From: Raillietiella orientalis | Lineage: Eukaryota | Direction: 5' to 3' | DNA: 64,000 nucleotides | Assembly (NCBI GenBank): GCA_036172245.1 | Contig: JAYWIR010000005.1 | Span: 372,001 to 436,000, forward strand | Shown here: positions 51,127 to 63,439 of the stretch, piece by piece | How the letters are laid out: each line of letters starts with the position of its first letter | How positions within the stretch are numbered: the first letter of the stretch is position 1 | Translations under genes and position numbers: made by a program | The notes under the pieces: generated by a model | Seen by the model: only the letters and a program-made list of their open reading frames with translations | Database searches by the model: none | What the model was told of the DNA's origin: nothing

Positions 51127-53440
51127 TTATTGCAACTCTTCATCATCCTTTACAATAGCCACTTCATTGCTGTTGGAAACCAGTTCTGATTCAGCTTCCA
51201 GCATCTTCAAGCGATCCTTTAATGATAATTACTCTCTGAAACACACTTTACCTAATTAAATCACCTTAATTCTCTGAAGGCACTCTTGTATGGAAAAAGC
51301 TTTCTTATGACTAATCAGTAATTTCTGATTCAGGGACTCTATTAAATTTCTTTGCTTGCTCTCAGAAACTTGTATTGTGCAAAGCTGAGAATGCAGGGTA
51401 TTTAGGAGCTCAATTAGTTTATTCTGGCTAGATCTAACAATGCACACTTTAGTAGCACAACCAAAAAAACACTGACATTATAATTATTTTGATAAAAATT
51501 AAACAATGAGACTTCATGGTGGACTACACATTATTCCGACCCCTTTGCAAATCAAATATTAAGTGAAGTGAGAATCTTTTTTTTCCCCAAGACTTCTGCT
51601 GACCGTGATATGCGGGGGGCGAAAATGCAATTTCACAAAGGTCCCTTTTCCAATAATTTTTTTTTTCTGTTTTCAACATAACCATGGCATACCGTCGCCA
51701 ACATGAAAGGAAATCATTAGCTGAGAGTACGCCTACTCGAGCATTAAATAAAGAACCACAAAGACTTAACAAAAGCTTCACCTTAATCGAAGAAAAGACT
51801 TATAATTAACCTCTGCAGCCTCCTTGACCACACTGTGGATTCCGCTTGCGATTCGCTCCACTACTTGATTCTCTTCGTGATAATCACTCATGTTTTCTTC
51901 TTTCCTTGGTTGTTAGAGAAAAAAAGAAAAATAGGCACGCTAAAACTCCTCAAAAAACAAAAGGTAAAAAAAGGGGGAGGGATGATTAGCAAATGATTAG
52001 GGATTCACAGTTGGGGGAGGGGAGGGGGTGAATCAACACGACTCTCAACGGACGCTCCAGCTTTTCGCAGAGCTTCAAGCATCGCAATCACAACTCTCAC
52101 AATTCACAACAAAACACTTGCTGAAACACTTCACTTCCCGGACACTTGCTTTCTCTCTCACTTACGCTGATGGAAGGGTGACCGAAGGCTTTCCAGTTTT
52201 CCGCCAACGTTAAATGCTTCAGCAGAAAAAATCGAAATGAAACGCGATCTGGGAACGCGCTCGGATTTTCCACACCAGATAAGGCAGAAGAACCACGTTG
52301 ACCACCCCAACAAAGGGCATCGGGGCGCTGTGGTTTCAAGTGGTTCCGCTGACTGCAACCTCATCAGAGACGGTGCAGGAAAAGAAACGGAAGGGGCAAG
52401 AGCGGCACCGAAACAGCAAGCAGTCGGGAGATGAACCGTCGTTCCGAAAGAACTCAGGATGGTGGTCCACTCCGGCCTTGCATCTGCTTCCACGAACGCA
52501 CGAGAAAGCTTTTCCTTGGATCGCCCCCTATGCGCGTACATTGTACATGATGTTTCCCATTCGGGTCGGTTGTGTTCCGCATGAGCTGCATTCATATCAA
52601 CAACACCACCGGAAACCAACCAACCCATCTAGCGTCCAGACCCCCCCTCCCCACATAACAAGGAAGCGTAAGGTACCATGCTGATAACATCTGAGAGCAC
52701 CAGAGAGCCCACGATTTCCAGGTTCGTGGGTGAAAGAAAAGTGAATGGCATCTCATGCTCACGCTTTCATAGGATCTAAAGGTATCCTTATTTCGGAAAA
52801 CAATTTCCTCCCAACTCTGCCCTTGCTTTGTCACCATAATAGCAAGCAGTAGAGAATCAAAACCAAAATTCATCTAAGCATCGAGATATACGGTTTGGGT
52901 AAACAGAGCAGCCAAAGTTTTTTTATATCTGTGCTTCACATGCATTTTTGCATGGGCGACTTCATGTTATAATTACGAAACGACTGTCGTACACTCATGA
53001 ATAGTGGCAGATAGAGTCTGCAGTTGAGCAATTGATTCCTGCTTGATTAAGGACTCCCAGCTGCTTTTCTGTTCGATTTCACTGTACATCCTGATAATTC
53101 GTTGACTTGATCGGTTTATTGCATTTCGCCCGAAGGCATATGTTCTCTTAGAACGCAAAAACTTTCCCACGCTTTTGGGCCATAGCGTGAGTAATCCTGT
53201 TCGTACATCACTTGGCTAATTAATGCCTTTTTCCAGACCAACATTCCTGATTCTTGATCATTCCGTTGAAAATCCACTCTTCAGCTGGAATCTGCTCTTT
53301 TATTCGCCAAATAAGCAAAGGTAGACGGTCTTCTAGCAATATCCCTGCACATACACTTAAATGAATGCCCAATAGCGATTTCACATTTCCTTTGTAACTG
53401 TCGTTAGCAAGCTTACTTTCACCCCTGCGTTCTCCTTCAT
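51127..53440 (-). CDS. Uncharacterised helical/coiled-coil protein, multi-exon, 5' end unresolved
   Basis: In-phase exon chains ..GILLEDRLPLLIWRIKEQI..WSGKR|MYSEIEQKSSWESLIKQESIAQLQTLSATIHECTTVVS|YKKTLAALFTQT|QGQSWEEIVF.. and terminal exons 51433-51265 (NKLIELLNTLHSQL..LQRIK) plus 51216-51127 (DRLKMLEAESEL..DDEELQ*). The TAA overlaps an AATAAA. Confidence 0.5.
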
Positions 53441-54199
53441 CATCATCTGTTACTTTTGCAACAAGACCAGAGGTTACTGTAATCTAAAAAGCCACTCCAC
53501 TGACCACCTTCCACACAAATGCGACTCAACCACTTCGACGATCACAATTCTATGAAAGCTGATTATTTTAGCAGGGCGAGCTACACTGCACGATTCCTTC
53601 GTCATAAAATGGAATATCATGGCTTGGAATTTGAGAAGCAATTGAAAGATCAAAAGAAAAAGTAATGTAAATCATCCCAGGCCAAATTTTGAGAAAATAT
53701 GTTTGCAATACTTGCAACCTCCATTTTTAATCCTTGTAATATTAAAGCCTTTTGCCTTGAAAGCATATTCAAGCAAGATCCTTAAACTGATCTCCATTGA
53801 AATCACCCTTTGGTTCTCATTTTTCCGGAAACGGAAGTCTGCCTTTCGTGCGTAAACTACCACGTGTGGCTTTGATACCTTAACATTAACAAAATGGTGG
53901 ACTGTCTCTTGAAATGGCTCAGCGCCTTTGCATGTATAGCCGTACAGCATTGTGTAATCAAGAAATCATCACATCTCTCTCCGTGCAGGCGTTTCCTCTT
54001 ATGACTGTCTTGGTGCTTATCATTCCTCCACCATCCATGGTTTCCGAATTTTCTTTCTCCTCCTAAGATCTCTCATTTCCTTAAGGTCAGCAGACTGATT
54101 CGAACATTCCACCCCGTCTACACACGTGTGAATCCAAAACAGGCGCTCTATCTTATTTAGAAGCAAAAGGAGACTCACTTCTGGAGACTCAGCTTTGGG

Positions 54200-57100
54200 A
54201 TTACACTGTGGCAGGAAGTGGGGATGCCCCATGTCATCTTGTGGAGTTCCAGAGAAACGAAGTAGGGCATTTTCTGGAGGAAGAGTCCAGAAAAGGATGT
54301 GTGCGTGTGTGCGTATGTTTTTTTTTTACTATTTTCCGAGCTTCTTCGTCCACTGGGCAGTTTACAAAATGTTAGTACATCATATTTGATACATTTTAAG
54401 CTTAAATCTTCGTTTGTTTTGAGTAAAATTCACGACTGATCGAGCGACATCGATGTTTTTGTACCCTCAAAAAAATCGGAAATGCTTTTCCCTGTGTTCA
54501 CAAGATATCATGATCTCGTTTTGATTTGATCCTCCTCACCACATCCTCCGCTTTATCTGAAGAAATTTTCTCCAGACCCAGTTTGCAGGCATCTCGTAAC
54601 AAAAAGTTCGGTAAGACTTTGATGGAGGTAGCCAATAAAAAAGCATGGAAACCGCACATAATGTGAAGACGGTGCATTCGTTATACTTCATGTGCGACTT
54701 TAAAAAAAATTCTAATATCTATTCGAATACTTCCGACCAGAGCTTGAGGGAAGGACGACCCCTTAAAGAAATCTCTCTTGAAGAAGCGCTGCGGAACTTC
54801 ATGGGAAGATGCATGACGAACTGATTTTTTTTTTTTTTTCTAGTAAATGTAGCTGAAAAATTAATTGCGGTCAGCAGAATGTCCATTCTTTACATGTTTT
54901 CTGTCAATTTTTTTCTTTTTCTTTATGACATAAATATCCTCGGCAAGAATCACCACCTCGTTTTACAAAAGGGAACCTGGTGGTTTCTATTGGTAGCCGT
55001 GGGTGGGAAAAGCGACTTTGTGATTGTGAAAACGAGGAGGGAAATCACTGGCACGTGTTTTTTTTTTTTTAAAAAAAAAAACTTTTCCCCTCTCTAAGCA
55101 GCAGCTCCAAAATCTCTTCAAACTCATGTGAAAATCCAATCCAAGCAGAGCCAAAGTTCCCTGAATAAATTGGGAGCCAGTTGGTCATTTTCAATGTGCC
55201 CTCAGGACACATTCACAGCCATCCTCATCATTAGGATCGATGAATCATTAAAGCTGTACTTGAAGACGAATGCAGAAATGAAGTTATCGGTGGGAGAGGA
55301 TGTAATGAAATCAGATTTAGATATATCATCATATACGTTCGACGTGTGCTCTGTGAAGGGGGGAAACGAATGGCGCCAGCTCCAAATTCAGCTCCCCGTA
55401 ATGAGGATCCCACGTGCGAATGAGGGGGGGAGCTGCCGGCACCGAAGAGCTTCTTCCTTCATGGGGACATTGTGTTGCGCGTGGGGCTTTGTTTCTAGAG
55501 GAGTTCTATTTTTGCGAAGGCGTGCCCCATATGACTCGAGAAAGCTAAAAGTAGCTTTGCAATTTCAAAATCGAAAGCCTCAAGACACTTTTATTAATAA
55601 ACAAGCACTTCGCAGTGTCTTCTTCCACCACAATTAAAAAAAAACACCCACAAAAAAAAAACCTCGTATTGGGGTCCAATGTGGGCAAGAAATTTCAATG
55701 AAAACTGGATTTGATCCGAGTGTGTTCCTATCTGGCCCTCATATGAAAATGGTAGAGGGAAAAAAATTTTTTTTCTGAAGTAGCCTCTTCGGCACTTTCG
55801 TGTCATCTAGAGAGAACAGTGTCCCAAATCAGTGTATCAACTGTGCGGGAGGGACCCAGGCAACGCTCTAAGGAACTGTGTGTCGGAGTGGCGTGCCATT
55901 TCCTGATCTGTCAGAGCAAAGAGGAAGGTGCTGCTGACCAAGGCATGCCGGTGCATAAAAAAAAAAAAAAAAACTTTTCGTTGCGGACGAAGCGCTGACA
56001 ACCTTTTTGAGATCTCCTTGGAGTCCTCCTTGAGCATTTAGAAAGCACCTCAAGGAGACCAAAACCGCTCCTTCGAACGATTCATCCCACGGTCGGTAAA
56101 ACAAAAGGGTTCCAAGGGTCAGTGAATTTCCTTCAAGCCATAAGTATAAATAGCTTCGTAGTGTGTGTGTGTCTGCGGCTGGAAGTACAAACGCCAGCGG
56201 CAATGTGAATACTGTTGAAGCCGCGTGTACGCCGGAACATCCCAGAAATTCAACACCTTCACGCCCAGAGGGAACAGTCGATGGCAAACACCTCCTCTGT
56301 ATGGCTACCAGCGTTCTTACGTTATTGCAATTCATTTGCTCTTAACACTGTCGTTGTAAGGCTCCATAATTGATGTTTTTTTTTTTGTGTGTGTGTCAAT
56401 GGACGCCACTTTTTCCTTTGATTCATGAAGCTCATTCCTATCTGTTGTTGTTGTTATTATTTTCGGCACCTGAAGCAGGTCATAAGGATTCTCCCGTTCC
56501 TAGGTGACAGTGATGGAGGCAGCATTCAACGGCATTTTCGACCAACCCTTCGTGACGAGCAGAACTTCGGCGTCTGCGAGAACACGCTCTGTACCAGAAG
56601 TACATTTTCGTGTTCCGTGTGTATTTGGTTCGCGCGTGCGTGCGTCGTTTTTGTTGTGGCATGCGTTGTGCTTGCACGCATGTTGGTTCCACACTATGTA
56701 TATACGATTTCGTACATCCAGCACACTTGCTCACAGGGACCCTGTACGCTTGCATTTCGTGGTACGGTTCACTCGTGACGTTTGTTTACGTTCTGCGCGT
56801 GTTTCTCATCGGATGTTTTGCTTGCACGTGGTGTGGATTTTAGGGCGGCTGAATAGAAAGACAGAGGCAGCAGCAAAGTCCCTGTTCGAAATTTTCGAAA
56901 ATCCTGGAACATCGTAAACCACGACTCGAAAAACAGGATCGGTGGAAAGGAGGGGATACCCTTATTTATGCGTGCTGCACACATGCACGTGCCACACAAA
57001 CACATAAATTGCTTGGATTCTTGTAGCGCTCGAGTGCCCCGTGACTTTTCTGTAGCCCTGCACGAAAACAAAGCTTTATGCCACGAAAGCAACAGCGATG

Positions 57101-57450
57101 CTCCGGATTTGCAAGAGGTCCCTCTTCAAAGTACAGAATTTCATAAGGGTCTTTTTGAGAGCACCGTCTCCATGTCCTCCAAGCAAAAGGTACCGACCGA
57201 GGGGGGAAGGGAACAGAAATCTGCCGAGGCTGCTTGTTCACCGTTGCCAAGACACGAGTGATTTTCGGTCCGCTTCATCTGTCCATTCGCAAACAGAGAA
57301 GATGCCACGATTTTTGCCTCAGAGATGTCATTTAGTCATCTATGGGGCATTTCCTTCCATAGATGACCCCCATCTCCTATGTAGTTCCATAGCAGAGAAG
57401 GACAACCAAAGCTGCTGGTCCACTTCATCAGGCCCTCCTATGAGTTCAAA
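54200..57450 (+). other. Exon-like blocks, probably plus-strand orphan gene(s) or upstream exons; unresolved
   Basis: Plus-strand acceptor/donor pairs such as cctag|GTGACAG..CAGAA|gtacat (~56504-56599), ctgtag|CCCTG..AAAAG|gtaccg (~57056-57190) and GTTCG|gtaaga (54610). Some pairs are phase-compatible, but no complete model or homology could be established. Confidence 0.2.
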
Positions 57451-60010
57451 ACATGGAAGGGGGAGGGATGAGGGAAGAAGAAAAAAAAAAAAAAGGTCCC
57501 TGAAAAAAAAAAAAGGTTGTCGCTTGGTCAGAAAAAACAGATTTCCGTTTCATTCCTGCCTCGTGTCCTTTGTCTTCCGAGCATTGGGTATTTTTGGCGA
57601 TGATCACTTCCACCACCATCGCCTTTTCTTTTTCCTTTTCCGAGCGACAGCGCGCGGGCAGGCAGCCCTGGCCGGGAGCTGCTCGCCGCAGCGGTCGCCT
57701 GGCAACCGTGCTTTCCCTCCACCCGTCCTCGGGAGCGGCCCGGAGGTCCGCGGCGGCTGCGAAAGAAGCGCGCGCGCTGAGCCCGAGCGCACAAAATGGC
57801 GGGAAACAATCGAAATGGAAAATCCCCAGCGCATTGGCGCCCCTCCCCCCACTCCCCGCCTTCCATTGTTGCCAGGGCTGCTGCTGCCCCCCTCGGCGAA
57901 GCCGGGTCGCGAGCGGCGACGAGTGGACGTCCGCGCGGCACGCAAAAAGAAAAAAAGACGCTTCCTCCCGGCGACGCGTTCCCTGTTCGCAACCACCGAA
58001 ATCAAATTCTTCGTCCGGGAACGCCCGCCCGCTCCACGCTAGCCGTGCCCTACGGGGTGCGGACGCCTGCAAGACTGGCAAAGCACGCATCCCTCATATC
58101 GGCGGTGGGAGCTGGAAGCTCCGCTGCACGTGCAAGTGGTGAGAGGAGGAAGGGGGTCGTGGGTAGGTTCCCCCCCTCCCTACTACAGTCGCCGGCTTGG
58201 GGAACAAACGCCACTTGGGGGGGATTCAAGGGAAGCCCGTCGGGGGCCTCGCTCAGCTCCAGGTGGAGGATCGTCTTCCGAGGAAAAGTTTCGCGGTCCC
58301 CCGTTCCCTTTTGATCGTCTCGGAAAATTCTCTCGGCCGTGCTGCTTGCGTGGAAGGCCAGGAAGGGGAGGGGGACTTCCTCTCGTTTCTGCGGTGGAGA
58401 TCAAAGCCGAGGAGGACGCGGGATGCCGAGAGCACAGCAGCTCACCGGGAAGCAGAGAGGAAGAAGAGGAGCGCTCGAGATTTCGGTTTTCGCAATCGCG
58501 AGTTTTCTAGCAGAGTCGTCGTCGTCGAAAGACCCCCGGGAGCATCGCAAAAAGGAAGGGGGAGGGGAGCGCAAAAATACAAACCGACGGTGCGTCCATC
58601 GCAGTGCCTCCCCCCTCCTCTTCAAAATCATTATCATTTTAAAAATACACGCCCACTGACGGATCTATTTTCGTCACCGTCGCAACTGATTTGGCGGCGG
58701 CGGCCCGCACAACAATGCAACTGCTGCTGCGGCGCCGTCTGCAGCGTGGAGGAGGAGGCGCCCTGCAGCACCGCCACCGCCTGCTCGCGGGGCTGGCGGG
58801 AGGGGGCCTTTCGCCGCAGCCCCCACCACCCCCGAAGGGGGAAGCGTGTGCGGCGGCGGCCCTCTCCCCCCCCCCCTCCATGACGCAGACGGGCGAACTG
58901 GACTCCGCCTCGGCGGCGAGCACGGCCGGGGCCCGACGTCGCTCGCAACGCGGCGACGGGGAACGTCCCGAGGACTGGGCACGGGGCCTCGGACTCCAGG
59001 AACGGGAACCGTACAGCTCCCGCTGCCGAACCGGCACGGCACCGCACGTGGGAACGTCCCGACGCAACCGGAAAGAGTGTACACGCTCGCCGGCCGTGGC
59101 ACTCCGTGCGTGAGGCTTTCGGTCGACTCCCCCCTCTCGAAGTGCACACAGGAACGTACAGTGTGCAACTGGTTATCCAATAACAATGTTTTTCCTGGCA
59201 CGTTTTTGATTGGTTTCCAGCCGGTAAGTCCATTATAATGAAGTAAGGGTTAGCAATGTAAATAGGAGGTAATTTCCATGGCACCCCACAAGTTTGGTGA
59301 TCGTTCGTTATTAGTGTCCTTGTGTTCAGGTTTTCTTTACAGAGTTTAGGTTTTAATTGATCTTGTTATAGGTGTGAGTTATTTATGTATTCATGCATAA
59401 TTTTAAACAAAGTACCTGTATTTAAACATATATTATTTATATAATACGGTGATGTGTCGAGAATCAGTAAGTGTGCTTTTTTTTTTAATTCCTTCTTCTT
59501 CGTTATATTTTCCCTCCACCTCGTGGACTCTCGGTTTGCCACTTTTAATGCAGCAAAATATGCGAGGCACTTTTTACGAATCTGCTCGAAAATTGTGCAA
59601 AGCACGGGCTTAGATTCTTTGAGCATTCCTTTAAATCACTCATGATTTGCTTTCCCGCTAAAGCATTCGTTGAAAGAGGGTTACGTTCGGTAAAATGCCC
59701 TGATCTAAAATCAATTGAAAAGGTGAACATTCTGAAAAACATTTTCAAGTGCATGCGTTCCTAGTTTTCGATGTTGAATCAATTTCGTGGAAAAAATTAC
59801 TTGAGATTCACAATGCAGATTTATTAAAAAAAAAAAAAAAAAAAAAAGCTCCCTTTTGCAAGTAATTTATTGCGACCATGTTTTACATGTGCTTTTCAAA
59901 GCAGTCTCCACGCACTTCTCATAGCTTCTCAAACTCCAGTCTGAAAAAGTTTCAATGAATGTATTTTCTGTGCATTTTCAGGGTAACAAGAATGCAAGAC
60001 TTTTTGCAGA

Positions 60011-62539
60011 ATGGTGCTTGTACAATTTTATCAAACATGCTAATGCATATGTATGAACTTATGTAGAGTTATTTTTACCAAATTTTTTCTTGATTAGAAA
60101 ATTTAAGGATAATAATATGGTATTTCCCCTCCCTTTGCCCCCTCCTCATTGCTTCATTGGATGTTTTTGTAGTCTTCAGTTGGTGGTGATTCACCATCCT
60201 CCAATGAATCATCTACACCAAAATTTGGAACCTTAGTTCCAAACAGAATTTTTGTTGGTGGTATATCAGCTACCACAACTGAACAAGATTTGCATCAGTT
60301 GTTTTCAAATTACGGAAATGTAAAAGCTGCCAAAATTATTTTAGATAGAAGTGGTGTTTCAAAAGGTTATGGTTTCATAACATTTGAAACGGAAGAAGAA
60401 GCAAAAAGACTTCAAAAAGATGTGATTATTTGGTAACTTCAAAATTAGATGTTGATCTGTTTTATTTCAGGCGGAAAACATTGTCTTTAAAGATCGAAAG
60501 CTTAATATTGCTCCTGCAATTAAAAAACAGGTAATGACAAATACCCTTCCTCACAGTTAGTTAGAATTGTTTGCTGCAGTCTGTGACAAATGGAACTATT
60601 GTTTATCATAATAGCATACCTATGGCATACCCAAATGGAATCACTGTATTTGCCCCTCCAGATACATACACGTATTCTCAACCAGCTCAGGCATTTCCCA
60701 TCAATATGATTTATTCACAACCTGTGTACATGCCTCAGCAATTTCATTATCCTATTCCTTCAGTAAGTTTTAAAGGGATATAGACTGGAATATGCTAATT
60801 TGTCATGATCTATTTGAAGCCTCCATGGAATGTAGGAGGACAATGGAGATGGTCACCTCCAATTAACTATGCACAGGTATGTTTTTTTTTTTTTCAGCAA
60901 CCGTGAGTACTTGTTTTTCAGTAAGCGTAATAAGATAACAACAAAGTTTCTATCAATCATGAATTATGAAGCTAATTGATGTGTATGTATGTATGTGTGT
61001 GTGTGTGTATGTGTGTTTTTTTTTTTCTCTCCCTGTCTCCCTTTAATCTAGCCTGCAAGTTCACAGTTCATTTATCCATCTGCAACTCTACAGGCCACTG
61101 GCAGTAATACCTCGGCAAATCCTCCTTCACTTCCAACACATTCCAGTGCAATCTCATCAGTGCCTCAGGCACCAGCTCCTTTCATGGCTGTAGTTACGCC
61201 TTCCATTTCAAATCATGACTATTATCAGCAGTTTGCATCTGTAGCTGCAAATCTTTCATCTTCACAAATCATTCATACAATGCCCAATGGGACAAATGTG
61301 TATGCAACAATGCCTGTTCACATGACTGATCAATATGAAATGGCATCACCAGAAAGTGTGCACCTTGAGGTAAGACACAATTAAGTTGTTTTGCTTGGTA
61401 CAGGTGCTTCACTCACTCCATCTAGCATCAAGTTGTTGTAAACTGAGAGGCTAACATTTGAAGTAGTGTTCTGCTAACCTTTGGATGTGTATGTTTTTGA
61501 GAATACTGCTAGAGATTGGAAAGTAGTGCACACTTCTGCTTTAATCTGTTAGGAAACTTTGCTGCCTCTGTGACATTTTTTTGACAAATAGGGAAGTGTA
61601 TGTTATGTGCAGCCAAGGGGTGTGCCACCTGACAAGGAATGTGAGACTAACGGGATGGGATCATGCATCCGAATAAATAGTGGAGATGCATTTCATTCCT
61701 TATGCCATGGTACTGATATGCACCCCCTGCAATCATCAACCAAAATCTTCAACAGCAACAGCAAGATGATGGTGAATCCTGCCAGCACAACAGAGAAAGA
61801 GAAGCAAAGAGTAAGTGTGGATTCCTATGCAGGTTGCTGTGCTGCTGTGGACTTTTCTGTCAGTGCCAGCAACTCTTTGCTCATATACATGCCCTCCTGC
61901 CCTGCAAATTATTATATCCCTATTGCTATAAGCAGTGACCCCTATGCTGTAGACAGTAAGTTGAGCCAGATCAATAGCCTCTTCTTTAGCTGCTTGTCAA
62001 TGGATGAATATCTGCCTTCTTCCCTGCTTCTAACTGACAAGGGCTACCAGGAGTATTATTATTCCTCGATGGCTTTTGTTGATATGCACTGTAATGAATT
62101 CAGATTAACTGCTAAGAGGATAAGGAAGAAGAAGCCACATATCACTGTGAAGTGTAATGAAGAACAGCTACAAAAAATGCTGTTCCTAATGGAAGATAGT
62201 AACAACAATCATTTCTTCTATGGCGATGATCCAAGTCTTTCAAATCCATTTGCTTCCCAGGTCAGCATTGGTAGATCAAACAGCATTGGTAGTCAGTGGA
62301 GGTACAATTCACCAAGAAAGAATCTTCATGGAGTTAATGGAGCTCGAGTACAGCAGATGACTGTGCCCTCACGTGGCAAATTTGTGGCCAAAGCAATGAA
62401 TGGAATGCCTTCTGTTGAAAAATGTGGTCCTGGCATGGATGGTGCTGGTGATGCTCCCTCTGATCTGATGCTCTCTTGTGCCAATGATGAAGATGAGGTG
62501 CAGGAAGTTGCCACTCAACTTCAGTCTCTTGATTTGTGA
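60011..62539 (+). CDS. bol: Boule (DAZ-family germline RNA-binding protein), RRM plus P/Q/Y-rich DAZ-like region and a long C-terminus
   Basis: Exons ATG 60011-60013 (start uncertain), 60173-60421 (PKFGTLVPNRIFVGGI..SKGYGFITFETEEEAKRLQKD), 60471-60530 (RKLNIAPAIKKQ), 60580-60762, 60820-60876, 61052-61369 and 61613-62539 (TGA). PNRIFVGG, KGYGFxTF and KLNIAPAIKKQ are Boule signatures. Confidence 0.95.
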
Positions 62540-63266
62540 ATTGGAGATTTTTTTTTGCATCCATTCCACAACTGATGAATTATTTGAGTGATTATGTCGT
62601 GTGAACTTCTTGATCTCAGCTGTGCATTGTTCTTTAGATTCATCACAGAACAATGTCTTTCATAGTTAGAAATCCTAGTGCTCCAAAACCCTTGGCATAA
62701 CATCATAGCAATCTGTTTGGACAGCATGCATGTTTAGGAGGTTTAACAGAAAATCAGTTTAATGCTTTCTTTCATTCAAATCCGGTTTGCCCTGAGGCAT
62801 GTGATAGAATAAGAGGATAGTAAGCACTTGATGGTTCAAAACCTGGATAACTAGTTACGAATGTAAAATTGAACGATTTCCGCATTATTTTTGTTACAGT
62901 TGTCAATGTAATCATCATGAAGTAGCAGTTCTTAATCTGACCTTGAAAATTTGACTGTCCAGTCATGCTTCTTTACCAGATTCCAATTGCTAAGGTATTT
63001 TTTGGTTTTATGTTTGAAAAAAAACTCCTGCATGCTTGGATTTTGCGTTTGGAACACTATTTTACAATAGACCCTCATGCATTCCTTTAATATCTTTACA
63101 AGATAAAATATTTACTTCGTTCCAGATACTAAGGCAGAGTTGTGATAATTATACATTATCAAAAATTCTAGTTAAAAGCATGGTCACATTCGTGATATTA
63201 AATAGCCGAAGTCTAAGTCAACAGAAATTTATTGCACAAAAATATAAATATTTCATTCTAAATAAA
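62540..63266 (+). other. boule 3' UTR with candidate AATAAA at 63261-63266
   Basis: AT/U-rich tract between the boule stop and the next gene; AATAAA at 63261. Confidence 0.5.
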
Positions 63267-63439
63267 GAAATTATATAACACATCAAGAGTTTCTATTTGC
63301 AATAAGGGGTAGGCTGTTTGCCACCAGGGATATGTACCCCATACCTCATGGTTTTGAGGAGTTGCCCTGTGTAAAAGTTTCTTCACGCCTCGGCACTAAC
63401 TAATGCTGTAGTCAGGTCGTTCACACCAATCAGTGTCCG

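Noticed and set aside
1260..53230. Unusually frequent GC-AG introns
   Set aside because: GC donors were needed only in low-confidence orphan models; every intron in the four confident genes is GT-AG.
52970..53440. Assigning the coiled-coil gene to SHCBP1/Nessun dorma (LEDRxP, YSExEQ resemblance)
   Set aside because: Only two short word matches; flanking conserved motifs and the C-terminal beta-helix repeats are not visible.
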